Below, piece after piece: positions 14,058 through 25,992 of a stretch of 64,000 nt of DNA. Both the position numbers and the translations under genes were made by a program. Source of the stretch: the human T2T-CHM13v2.0 reference genome, Homo sapiens. Below the pieces are notes generated by a model. That model was not told the DNA's origin and searched no databases. It saw only the letters and a program-made list of their open reading frames with translations. The stretch lies in the NCBI RefSeq assembly GCF_009914755.1, contig NC_060934.1; one strand, written 5' to 3'. The first letter of the stretch is position 1; each line of letters starts with the position of its first letter.

Positions 14058-15174
14058 CACAACTTTATGCATTATTCTAACAAAAGTTTTGAAATTAGGC
14101 TGACACAGAAGGTTGAAACTAAAAAATATATATCAGAAAATTACTGACCAATAAAAGAAAATATATCAGCAAAAGTACATGTTACGGTGAAATAAACTAT
14201 CGGGTTAAAAAAGGGTATATTTTAAGTGATAAAAGACACAATTCACCACAGAGATACACATTTTTTGAAAGCATAGCCATATAAATATGTACATCAAGCA
14301 ACAGTGGAAAAAACCACAGGAACAAATTGATAAAACAACATTTATAATAGAGAATCTTGATACAACTTTCTCAGAAAATCATAGATAAAACAAGTGTAAT
14401 CTTAATTAAAATATAAAGGTTGAATACTTGAATTTAACATCAAGATTTGCTTTTTCACTCTTTTTCTCTTTAACATTTTCTTTTTTTCCAGTGCCTAATA
14501 CTAAATCATACAGTAATAAATCATCATTAATTGTGATTTCCGTACATCTTTCACCCCAATCCAAATGCAAAAGTCAGAGTCTTTTGCAGTGACTCTGGAT
14601 ATAGCCATTTTCAGAGTTCTGTTGTCCAAAGGCATCTCATAAGAGTATTTGCAATTATGTTACAAAGTAGAGGAAAGCATTAACTTGATTAGACAGTGAT
14701 TTTCGGGTAAGCATTATAAAGAGCACTACTGAATTAGGATGACTTCCAGCAAGCTGTTTGGAAAGTAAGATCATTAAGGCATTAGAAGTTCAGCTTTCAG
14801 ACCTACCTGTATGATAGATTGTTAGGCTGAATATTAATTTTAAATGATCCGAAGAGATCATGACAATCACATTGAGCAACTTTAGCTCAAAAGCCTGTTG
14901 GTGGTGTTATACAGATTACGATTTATTTTTATTACATCAAAAATTAAAATGAAATTTGTTTCATTGAAAACTAAGATAATTTTAGAATCAAGATATAGAT
15001 GTATCATTCTTCCTAAATTGTTTAATTTTAGTTCAGTTCAGCTTCAGAGGAATCTCATCTCTGTTTTGCCTTCTAAGTGGCTCTCATTTTGAAATAAAGA
15101 CCCTGCGAAAAAGACAGCTAATTGAATGCATCACACTGAGGCCCAAAGAAAGTTATATCAGATATTCCACGTAT

Positions 15175-15440
15175 GCATCCACCTCCTCTTCACCCATCCA
15201 TTCATTCACCTGTCCAGTCTCCATCAGTCCACTCATCTATGTATCTGTTTTCCATCCATCCATCTATCCATCCATGCACCCATCCGTGCATCCATCCATC
15301 CATCCATCCATGCATCCATCCATCCATCCATGCATCCATCCATCCATCCATACACCTGTCTATCCATTCACCCATCCTTCTCTCCCTCCATCCTTCTCTC
15401 AATCTAATCATTTTTTCCTCCATCCACTGGCTCATCCTAT
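15175..15440. repeat. Degenerate (CATC)n/(TGGA)n microsatellite abutting an L2 tail
   Basis: Repeated ccat units visible directly; they explain the HPS-rich and MDGW-rich ORFs. Confidence 0.95.
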
Positions 15441-15580
15441 AAATATTTATTGAGCAGCTGCTCTGTGCCAGGCACTACTATACACAGTGGAGATATGTTA
15501 GTCAATAAAGCATCAAGGCTCCTGCTATCTTTGGCTTTATATGCTAATAAAAAAGATACACAATACAAACATACATAAAA
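15441..15580 (-). mobile_element. L2 3' end fragment
   Basis: aaatatttattgagcagctgctctgtgccaggcact. Confidence 0.75.
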
Positions 15581-16761
15581 ATGCACGTCACCTTGCTTTG
15601 TTTGCAAAAGATAATGGGCAGTGCTTTCTGGTAAATTAACTACTTAGACCGGAGAAATTTAGTTTTGATTAGGTAGGTGAGCCCCTCACTATCTTGCTCA
15701 GAAATCATTTTACAAGTAAAGGATAGGGAATCCCAGTGTAATAACATGGGGAGATATTGTTCCATAGCCTCTCATGACAAGGGAAAGGAAGTGTCCAAAT
15801 TATGTAAACTATAGGAATATTTAGAAAATAAATATATTTATTCATTAAGCAAAGAACATTGATATAAGTACTTAAATGTTTACAGCAGAATAGACAGATC
15901 TAAGCCATTCAATGTGAGATTTTATTAGTCACCATAGCCCATGTAAATAATTTACTCCTGTTTCCTTACTCTTGGCTGTGGGGACCTTGATGATGTTCCA
16001 GATTTACTCAGCTGGTCTATGAAGAAAATATTTTAAGAAAGAAAGTGATATAGGATGAATGAGGGTAGAGTTAAATTCAGTAAGGAGCTCAAAATAATAT
16101 AATGGATAGCATTTTAAATATTTATTGAACCATGGAGATAAGCACTTCTACCCAGTTTGAAACTTATTCATGCCAGACATTTTTTCTCGTTTAATTATTT
16201 TTGAAGCATGAATTAGTTCTTGCCTCTTTTTCTTTTCAAATATCACCACCATACTCAATCTTTCACCAGTTATTTTCTATGATAATTCTGGTAGAAAAAT
16301 ATTAGCAGGTTTTTAAAAATAATAAAATGTATTACTAACATCAAGTAATTTTAATTGCTTCAGTTTTAACTATTATATCTTTAATTTAAAACATAACTAG
16401 AACGGGGATTTTGAGGGATATGACAAAGTAAATCACAATAGGCCTCCAAGGGAGATAAAACAAAGGCATATAATTTTAAATAACACTTGAAATAATTCAC
16501 CGTGAAAAATATTTGATGCTAACACGTCTAATAATATTGGTAATTGTATACTTAAACTTACGTCAATTTTGTATTGACATGTTTAAATCTGAAATTGAGA
16601 TTAAAGGAGTCTGGATCAGTTGTTTAAAAAAGTAAAAACAGAAACTTTAATTTAAGCAAAGGAATTCTTCTTTTTCCAAGTAGTGTTATTCTATAAAATA
16701 TTAGCTAAAGCAAAAATGGAAGATTCAGAGCCCTGCCCACCTAGCCTAAGAAAATGTAGTC

Positions 16762-17209
<448 letters not shown>

Positions 17210-19616
17210 TTAAGCAAATCCATATGAAAGAAAATATGAATTGCCAGTTGTGTCTTTGAACTCTATTTCATAAGGCTTCCAAATAAGTTTTCCAAGTCAG
17301 AGGTCAACAGTCTGTTTTGCAGCCTGGATTCAACCCCATGAGCATTCACCCTGGACTCAAACTTCACCCAGGGAAATCCAAGGCTTTCCTCCAGGAGACA
17401 AGAGCTAGGTAACAGCCATAGTTCCTCAACAACCACAGGTATGAAATGTCAGTCAAGGCCACTTAAAATACCTGAGCTATCACCAAAACCACAATAACCA
17501 TGCTGGATAAAGCAGCGTTGCCTCCCACAGCAAGATGGATTCACGGGGATCGGGAAAACTCTGCCAATTTCGCTCCACCAAATATGTGCCAATTACACTT
17601 CTCCCTAACACTGCCCCTTGGTAAAGCAAGTTGAGGAAAATACCATGTTTTCTAATACGTCTCACACACCTGAATATAAACATATTTCTCAGGAGAGCCA
17701 AGGAAAATCATATGGGGAAAGACATAGAATAAATAGATGCTAAATTATCTCTCACATTCTCAGATGAGTTGCTGAAGTTTCTGTTGATAAGCTCAGGTTT
17801 ACTAAAACTGTTTACTGTTCAATGGAGCTGGTTTCCTCATAACCTGTGAGACAATATAGAAATCAGTGCAGTTATGTTTGTAAAACCGAGTTGGAGCCAG
17901 TTTTCTGCCTAGTTTCAAACCTGTGGTCCAAGAAGTATTGACTACCAATGTCACTTGGTCCAAGGGACTTCAGTGTTATGAGCTTCAGAGTCATCAATTG
18001 TGAAACTGACCAGAAATAAATCTCAGGCACTTGGAACAGTGGCCAAAGTGTAGTATGTGCTCTAAATATATTTGCTGTGATTGGTGTTTGAAGGATCAAC
18101 AAGTGCCTAAGAAAAGTACTTTTTAACTTAAATTATAAATCATCAATGTAAGTTTACTCTTCTGGCAAAAAAAAAAAAAGGCCAATAAAACGCTATATTA
18201 AATAAATACTAGATGAAGTTGCTCTGACAGTACTTGCAGGCACATGCCCACAGGTGCACGCATATTACACAGACCACAAACACAATTAAAATTAAAGTAA
18301 CCTGGAATTTATCATTAGACATATTTAATTAAGCACTGCTTTTTATCTTGCTATTTTTTTAAGCCTTGTAGCTGCCAATCTGACATGTCTACCATCCAGT
18401 AGTTTGTGTTTCTGTGTCCTGGAGGCATGAGTAATTTAAAAACTCATTGGAGATTTATAATCTAGTTCAGACAGGTTTTGCTAATATTCCTTACAGAATA
18501 TACCCATTTATTAATATGTCACAAGGTCTCTTTAAGCTATATTTTTTCTCATCAATTTAATCTGACAAACCTTCAGTTTTATAATTTTGTATTATCCCTA
18601 AATCTGATTATGTCACAGATGTATAATGAACAAAGAGTGATTATACAATTTGCTGCTGTCCTATTGCATTTGAGAATCTGTCCATAATACATTCTTCTTA
18701 AAATCTTTTCTTAGTATCAGAGTGATGCCTTTCAGTTTTAGAAGCGGACAGTATTTCTGAATAACTTTTCCCTTTTTTTAATTGAAAAGTTCCTTTCATT
18801 ACAGATGAGTTTTGTTTTTAATTACATGAGTGCTATAAAAACTTTGTTTCCTTCCCAGCAGTTATGATGTTATGAGTGGGGCTGTAGCACCTCCCTCAAT
18901 AAGGTGAGGTGGCCTTTCAGATGGTGACATATTGACATATTAGGGATGAAGCTGTGCATGGGAATTTCTCCTTCTTTTACAAGGAAGTGTCTACTCTTCA
19001 TTGCTACAATTCAATTATTCTGTCTCTCTCAAGACAATGGTCAATCTATAGGGTTTGTAACTATGACCCACATTGAAAAATGCTAAAGGTATAAAAAATA
19101 GTTTTGATCCTTTGATCATCATGATCAAAGAGTTTTTAGACATATTTAAAGAAGAATTTTACAAAGTGCTTTATGTATTCAAAATAAAATTTTGCTAAAG
19201 ACTTCATCTTCATTGTTACTGAAAAATATATTACTTTTTAATGAAAAGAATGATCTTGATTTAAATAGTGAGATCCTTTAATTTTATTTTACTTTTCTAT
19301 GAGAACTAGAGAAGAAAAAAGTTGATGTTCAGGAAGCTAGGAGCCTTTAGCACTTAAAAAAATTACTGAAAGAAGAAAAAATGAAAAACATTGTAATATA
19401 GGTCTAAAATGTTGTTTTATTGAGATACTCTGCTACTTGTCAGCATGATTTTTATTATAAAATGAGACACACATGGAGTGTAGATAGAAATGAAAAACAT
19501 TTCAAGCTTTGCCTTTTCTTTTATTGCTAACATACATAAAATATGTCAGTGGAACATTTAGCACTAAGCTTGGCATAGTAAGTGGCTGATATTAGTTTCA
19601 TTCTCCACACCAAGTG

Positions 19617-19969
19617 TTTTTTCTTTCTTTTTTTTTTTAAAAAAAAAACTTACATCCCAAAGTTTCTTTTATAAAAAAAATTTCAATGCAGTATGGTCAA
19701 TATTTTGACTTTTGCACAGAGACTGATGGCCTGGCTCTGCCCCATAGAGTGGAGGAACCCCCGGGGAGGTTGTATTACCTCGAAGGGGTGGGCGAGCCAG
19801 GGCTGCTGAACCTGTTCGTGCTAGACCCCAGGTCCCCTGTCCGGCTCTGTGAAGGGCTCTCCAGGGGTGGCAGAAGGGTGCTGGGAGAGCTATGCTCGGG
19901 AGAGAAGATGAATGGACTTGGGGAGTCCTGGAAGTTGGTGCACCAGGTCCTGGATGCCTTAAATAAAAC
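19617..19969 (-). pseudogene. Probable 5'-truncated processed retrocopy (3' end of an unidentified GC-rich mRNA)
   Basis: GC/CpG-rich ~270-bp island in AT-rich DNA. On the minus strand it ends in tataaaagaaa (polyA-signal-like), then an A-tail ~24 nt later. Possible degenerate TSD. Confidence 0.6.
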
Positions 19970-19985
19970 TTCTCGAGACAAAGTA

Positions 19986-21751
19986 GAAGCACACCTCATT
20001 TTACTGCACTTCAGTTGATTTCACTTTGCAGATAATGTGTTTTTTACAAACTGAGGGTATGTGGCAACCGGCATTAAGCTCATCAATTGACATCATTTTT
20101 CCAGCAGCATGTGTTCACTTTCTACCTCTGTCACATTTTGGTAATTCTCATAATATTTCAAATGGTTCTATTTTTATTGTATCTGCTATGGGGCTCTGTG
20201 ATCGGTATCTTTATGTTACTATTGACCTTGTTTTGGGGCACCATGAACTGTGCCCATATGAGACTGTAAACTTAATAGATAAATACATGTTTTCTGACTG
20301 CCCCACTGACTGGCCATTCCCCCGTCTCTCTCTCTCTCTCTCTGCTTAGGCCTCACTATTTCATGAGACACAATAATATTGATATTAGGCCCGTTAATGA
20401 CCCTACGATGGCCTCTAAATGTTCAAATGAAAGAAAAGTTGTACCTTTCTCACTTTAAAACAAAAGCTAGAAAGAATTAAGCTTTGTGATGAAGGCATGT
20501 CAAAAGAAGAGATAGACAAAAAGCAAGGCATCTTGCACCAAGCAGTTAGCCAAGCTGTGAATGCAAAGAAGTTCTAAAAGGAAATTAAAAATGTTACTCC
20601 AGTGAACACATGCATGACAAAAAAGCAAAACAGCCTTATTGCTGATATGGAGAAAGTGTGAGCATTCTAGACAGAACATAAAACCAACCACATTTCCTTA
20701 AACCAAAACTGAATCTAGAGCAAAGTCCTAACTCTTTTCAATTCTATGAAAGCTGAGAGAGATTAGGAAGGTACAGAAGAAAAGTTTGGAGCTAGCACAG
20801 GTTGGTTCATGAGGTTTCAGGAAATAAGCCAACTCTATAACATGACGTGTAAGGTGAAGCAGCAAGTGCTGATGGAGAAGCTGCAGCAACTTGTGCAGAA
20901 GATCCAGCTAAGATCACTGATGAAGGTGGCTACACTAAATAATACATTTTCAATGTAGATTAAGCAACATTCTTTTGGAAGCAGACGTCATCGAGGACTT
21001 TTACAGCTAGACAGAAGTCCAATGCCTGACTTCAAAGATTCAAATAACACGCTAGCTCATTTAGTAGGAGTTAATGCAGCTTGTGACCGTAAATTGAAGC
21101 CAGTGCTCATTTTCCATTCCAAAAGTCTTAGGGCCCTTAAGAATTGTACTGAACCTAATCTGCCTTGTGCGTTATAAATGCCTGGGTGACAGCACATCTG
21201 TCCACAGCATGGTTTACTAGACACTTTAAGCCCACTGTTGAGACCTACTGCTCAGGAAGAAAAAAAAAGAAAGATTCTTTTAAAAATATTAGTGGTCCTT
21301 AACAGTACCACTGGTGACCCAAGAGGTCTGATGGAGATGTGCAAGAAGATTAATACTGTTTCATGTCTGCAAACACAACACCCATTCTGCAGCCCATGGA
21401 TCAAAGAGTAATGTTGACTTTTAAGTTTTACTACTTAAGAAATACTTGTGATATGGTTAAAACTGCCACAGATAATGATTCCTCTGATGGGTCTGGGCAA
21501 AGTAAATTGAAAACATCTGGAAAAAATTCACTACTGATTGTTACCATTTTTAGCAATAAAATATTTTTAGTTAACTATGTACATTTTTTAGACATCATGC
21601 CAATGCACAGTTAATAGACTATAGTATAGTGTAAGCCTAACTTTTACATGCACTGGGAAACCCAAATACCTGTGTAAAACTTGCTTTATTTAATATTTAC
21701 TTTACTGCAGGGGTCTGGAACCAAGCCCGCAAGACCTCCAAGCTGTGTCTG
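19986..21751 (+). mobile_element. Tigger1 DNA transposon, internally deleted, with decayed transposase
   Basis: Both Tigger1 ends present (gcacacctcattttactgcacttc...; ...ggtctggaaccaagcccgcaagacctccaagctgtgtctg). Transposase starts at ATG 20408 (MASKCSNERK); DDE-region remnant ANTTPILQPMDQ..TFK.YYLRNT; deletion near 21530. Confidence 0.95.
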
Positions 21752-22105
21752 TGTTGTCAAACACAGCACCAGAGGCTCAGCTTTCTCCTGCCCCTGAAGG
21801 GAAGGGAAGCCAGGGCTATCAGCCTTCTCGGGGGATGCTGCTGTGTCTCCATGAACAGCAGCTCCACTGGATAAATGCAAACACCCATCATTCGGAAATG
21901 GACTTGCTTGCCCTGTCTTAAATATTTCATTAATCCATTTTCAGGTTTGCTGTTGCTAACTAAATCTTTTATTTCTATGTGTAACATTCTACCACAAGAA
22001 TAAGGTATCATACATATTTGCAAAAAGGGAGAAAAGGTAAAATATGAATAGAAAGTTTTATGTTTCTTAGCTAAAAAAAGAAGCATTTAAATTTTACACA
22101 AAGAA

Positions 22106-22433
22106 GTCCAGGTATGGTGGCTCACACCTGTAATCCCAGCACTTTGGGAGTCTGAGGTGGGCAGATCACTTGAGGTCAGTTCAAGACCAGCCTGGCCAAC
22201 ATGGTGAAACTCCGTCTCTATTAAAAAAATAGAAAAATTAGCTGGGCATGATGGCACATGCCTGTAATCTCAGCTACTCAGGAGGCTGAGGCAGGAGAAT
22301 CACTTGAACCCAGGAGGAGGAGATTGCAGTGAGCTGAGATCATGCCGCTGCACTCCATCCTGGGCGACAGAGTGAGACTCTGTCTCAAAAATGAAAAATA
22401 AGAAATAAATAAATAATAAAAATAAACAAATAC
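22106..22433 (+). mobile_element. AluS, full length
   Basis: Alu sequence; 15-bp TSD attttacacaaagaa (22091-22105 / 22434-22448). Confidence 0.95.
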
Positions 22434-22631
22434 ATTTTACACAAAGAACCACCATATCTAAAGCAAACTATAAGTAATACATGAATTATTACAAATAAGG
22501 AAACCTGGCATAGCATATCTTATATTGATGGTGAAGAAAATTGTGTGTCAAAATTGGATTAGCAAGTGTGTAATACAATTTTATTTTTTTGAAGGAATTT
22601 TTTTTTTAAATTTCTGTTTTTGACTGCAATA

Positions 22632-23539
22632 CAGTTGACCCTTGAACAACGTGGGGGTTAGGGTGTTACCCTTGAGCTCTTGAAAACCCACTGACAAATT
22701 TTGTCTCTTCAGAAATGTAACTACTGCTGTTGCTGGCATAGCTGCAGTTATAGCCTCTCCAATATCTTTTTCTTTTTTTACAATGATCTTTAGGCTGATT
22801 CATTTATCTTAAAACAATGGGAAACCCCAGCTGCAGACCTCAATCTACAGTGCATATGAAGAAATTTGACTGATTTTGTAATGTCATGAATTTTCTCTGC
22901 TTCTTGGGAGCCTTCCAACATCACCAGTGGCCCTTCGTGTGGGTTTCATGGTGCTATTCAATGTTTACCATATCGCACTAAACACGGAAATTATGCAAGA
23001 ACTGCGAGATCACTTTTTACTACAGTACACAACTAACTAGAGACACAAACTGCCCACGTGGCAATGATCAGAATTGCAGGGCTTTATGCGGAAGCTCACA
23101 ACACGTGGGCTCACCACAATAGCAGTGGGAGGTGCCTGTGAAATTATCATGGTAGTGCAGTATGTGCCACAGTTACTTTTATGCGGTTATGACTTAATAC
23201 TGCATTTTTACATTGGCTTCTATTTCCTTGTCTGTAAATGGTGCCATGTACAAACTATAAGAGTTTGTGACCACATGCTTTGATAAATGTTAACCTCATT
23301 TAATAGATTTGCATATATTTATAGTAGTAAATGATAAAATAGAATAGTATCTACATATATTCTATGTATTCATGCCATACTTGCTTCTTAATGTTTTAAT
23401 ATTTCTAGGCTACATGTTGGTCTACAATATTTTTCAAACTGTTATAAATTTCCAAAAACATTTCCAATATAGTTAGTGAAAAAATTATTGTCTAAGTGGA
23501 CCCATGAAGCTCAAACCCATGTTGTCCAAGTGTCAGCAG
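22632..23539 (-). mobile_element. Tigger2-family deletion derivative (Tigger2b-like)
   Basis: TA+cagttgacccttgaacaac TIR and degenerate gttgtccaagtgtcagcag TIR; the minus strand carries a decayed transposase N-terminus (PKKQRK.MTLQ). Confidence 0.85.
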
Positions 23540-24912
23540 CACTGTGGTCAGTGAGGTTATAGTTATTTCCTTTTGTAGTTCTGTGGCCATATAAATTTGA
23601 CATCATGCTAGACGTTCAGGTCTGTTTATCCATAAACTTCTGTGCATGGGCTCTCCTCCCAGCTCAAGTGGATTGGTGAATTAGTGGAGTCAGTGCAACA
23701 GTTGGGATTCAGGCAGGTCAATGATTGTTTCAGGGAATCCAATACATCTTCTTCTCTTCATCCAAATAAATAAATGTTATTGTTGCCACATTCCTAGTTC
23801 TCAAATGCACCTGGCCAGGTGCTGCCCATTCTTAAATGCTGGGCTGTTTCGCAGACGGCTGCCCTCTTCACCTTCCCGGGGGTTCTACCTCAGTCAGAGA
23901 GCACTGGGCTCAAACTGTCCTCGCATTATGATCTGGACATCGGTAGTCTTTGACCTAAAGAAACACAAAATGTGTTCAGGGGACAAGTTTCATTTACAGA
24001 GACTTATCAAATAAGCCATAGTTTAGAAAACTCTCTCTGCTTTCTTCTCTCTTGGACTTTACAGTTCTATTAAAAGTGGCTTAGCTTACCAGGCTTTGAG
24101 GTTTACATGAATCAATGCTTCTCCATTGGAAAAATGAATCTCAAAACCTTTCTAGTTGGACAAAATCTTCCAACCATTTTTTGACCAGAAAGATGAGAAT
24201 TTGAGAAGCCAAGTCACTACTCTTGTCACTTGCCAGAGCAGCGTCCCCAGAAATTTCCACTGGCACTCTGGCAAAACACCTTCACTCACAATGAATGGGG
24301 ACTTAGGTGTTAGTTTGATTGCTTTTGACGGTCTTGATTCTTCCAGGTTGGCACAGAGAACCTGTAACATAACTCCAGAGCAGCTGTTTTCCCTTTTCCT
24401 GACAGTATGTCACGTCAAAAATTCTACCAGGCATCACTACTGATCAGGCATAAAAGCACTCTGAATAATAATAACGTTTTATGTGGTTCTTATTGCAAGA
24501 GGTAGAATGTTTTTGGGGGTGAGTAGAATTTACATTTGAATTTAAATTTCTGTTCATTTGAATTTAAATTTCTGTACGTTTGTGTGTTGTGAGTGTGTAG
24601 GTTTTTTGTTTTTAACACCAAGTATATGTTACTTAATAAGGCAAAATCAGTAAACGTACTCAATTTTGAAAAAAAAAACTATAATTAAATGTGTTAACCG
24701 ATATTTAATTTATGTGGATAAAATGGTGAGCAAAAGCAAACTTTAGAATTACAGTTAAGACTGAGACAGAAAGCTAACTCTTCATTGACCCTTCCTTAAG
24801 AGAAAGATTCTCTCTCTCAGGACTTTAATCTGACATGGTTCCGAAAATAAAGATGTGTTGTTTTTTGAAATTAGAGATTGAAAGATGGTTATTTTAACAA
24901 ACTGATTGGACC

Positions 24913-25992
24913 TTTTTCTAAAAAAAAAATTATTTCCATAGGTTTTGGAGAACATGGGCTATTTGGTTACATGGGTAAGTTCTTTAGTGGTGATTTGTGA
25001 GATTCGGGTTCCTCCCTTCACCCAAGCAGTATACACTGAACCTGATTTGTAGTCCTTTTGCCATTACCCTCTTCCCACCTTTTCACCCAAGTCCCCAAAG
25101 TCCATTGTATCATTCTTATGCCTTTGTATCCTCATAGGTTAGCTCCCACTTATGAGTGAGAACATGTGATGTTTGGTTTTCCATTACTGAGTTACTTCAC
25201 TTAGAATAATAGTCTCCAATCCCATCCAGGTTGCTGTGAATGCCATTAATTCATTTCTTTTTCATGGCTGAGTAGTATTCCGTCGTATATGTCTACCACA
25301 GTTTCTTCATCCACTCATTGATTGATGGCATTTGGGCTGGTTCCATATTTTTGCAATTGTGAATTGTGCTGCTATAAACATGCATGTGCAGATGTCCTTT
25401 TCATATAATAACTTCTTTTCCTCTGGGTAGATACACAGTAGTGGGATTGCTGGCAGACTTCATTACCAAGAACCCAAAAGCAAATGCAACAAAAACAAAG
25501 ATAAATAGGTGGGACTTAATTAAACTAAAGAGCTTTTGCACAGCAAAAGCAATAGTCAGCAGAGTAAATGGACCACCCTCAGAGCGGGAGAAAATCATCA
25601 CAATCTATAAATCTAACAAAGACTAATATCCAGAATCTACAAGGAACTCAAACAAGTCAGCAAGAAAAGAACAAACAAGTCAGCAAGAAAACAAACAATC
25701 CCATCAAAAAGTGGGCTAAGGACATGAATAGACAATTCTCAAAAGAAGATATACAATATACAAATGGCCAACAAACATATGGGAAAATGCTCTACATCAG
25801 TAATGATCAGAGAAATGCAAATCAAAACCACCATGAGATACCGCCTCACTCCTGCAAGAATGGCCTTAATGAAAAAATCAAAAAATAATAGATATTGGTG
25901 TAGATCCAGTTAAAAGGGAACACTTCTACACTGCTGGTGGGAATGTTTCTAGTATAACCACTATGGAAAACAGAGTGGAGATTCCTTAAAGA
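24913..25992 (-). mobile_element. L1PB (L1PB1-like), 5'-truncated with 5' inversion
   Basis: Minus-strand 3'UTR/ORF2 end to 25453, then a plus-strand ORF2 piece 25454-25992 (NPKANATKTKINRWDLIKLKSFCTAK; [21 protein letters not shown]). Confidence 0.9.

Noticed and set aside
15126-15442. HPS-repeat and MDGW-repeat ORFs
   Set aside because: Products of the (CATC)n microsatellite.
19686-20018. 110-aa plus-strand ORF
   Set aside because: Antisense to the probable retrocopy and runs into the Tigger1 terminus; GC-richness explains the lack of stops.
20408-21614. Tigger1 transposase as a possible domesticated gene
   Set aside because: Multiple stops and frameshifts and a large internal deletion.
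25384-25888. Reverse-transcriptase-related ORFs (also 61315-61563)
   Set aside because: Short decayed L1 ORF2 C-terminal fragments, not an active or novel retroelement system.
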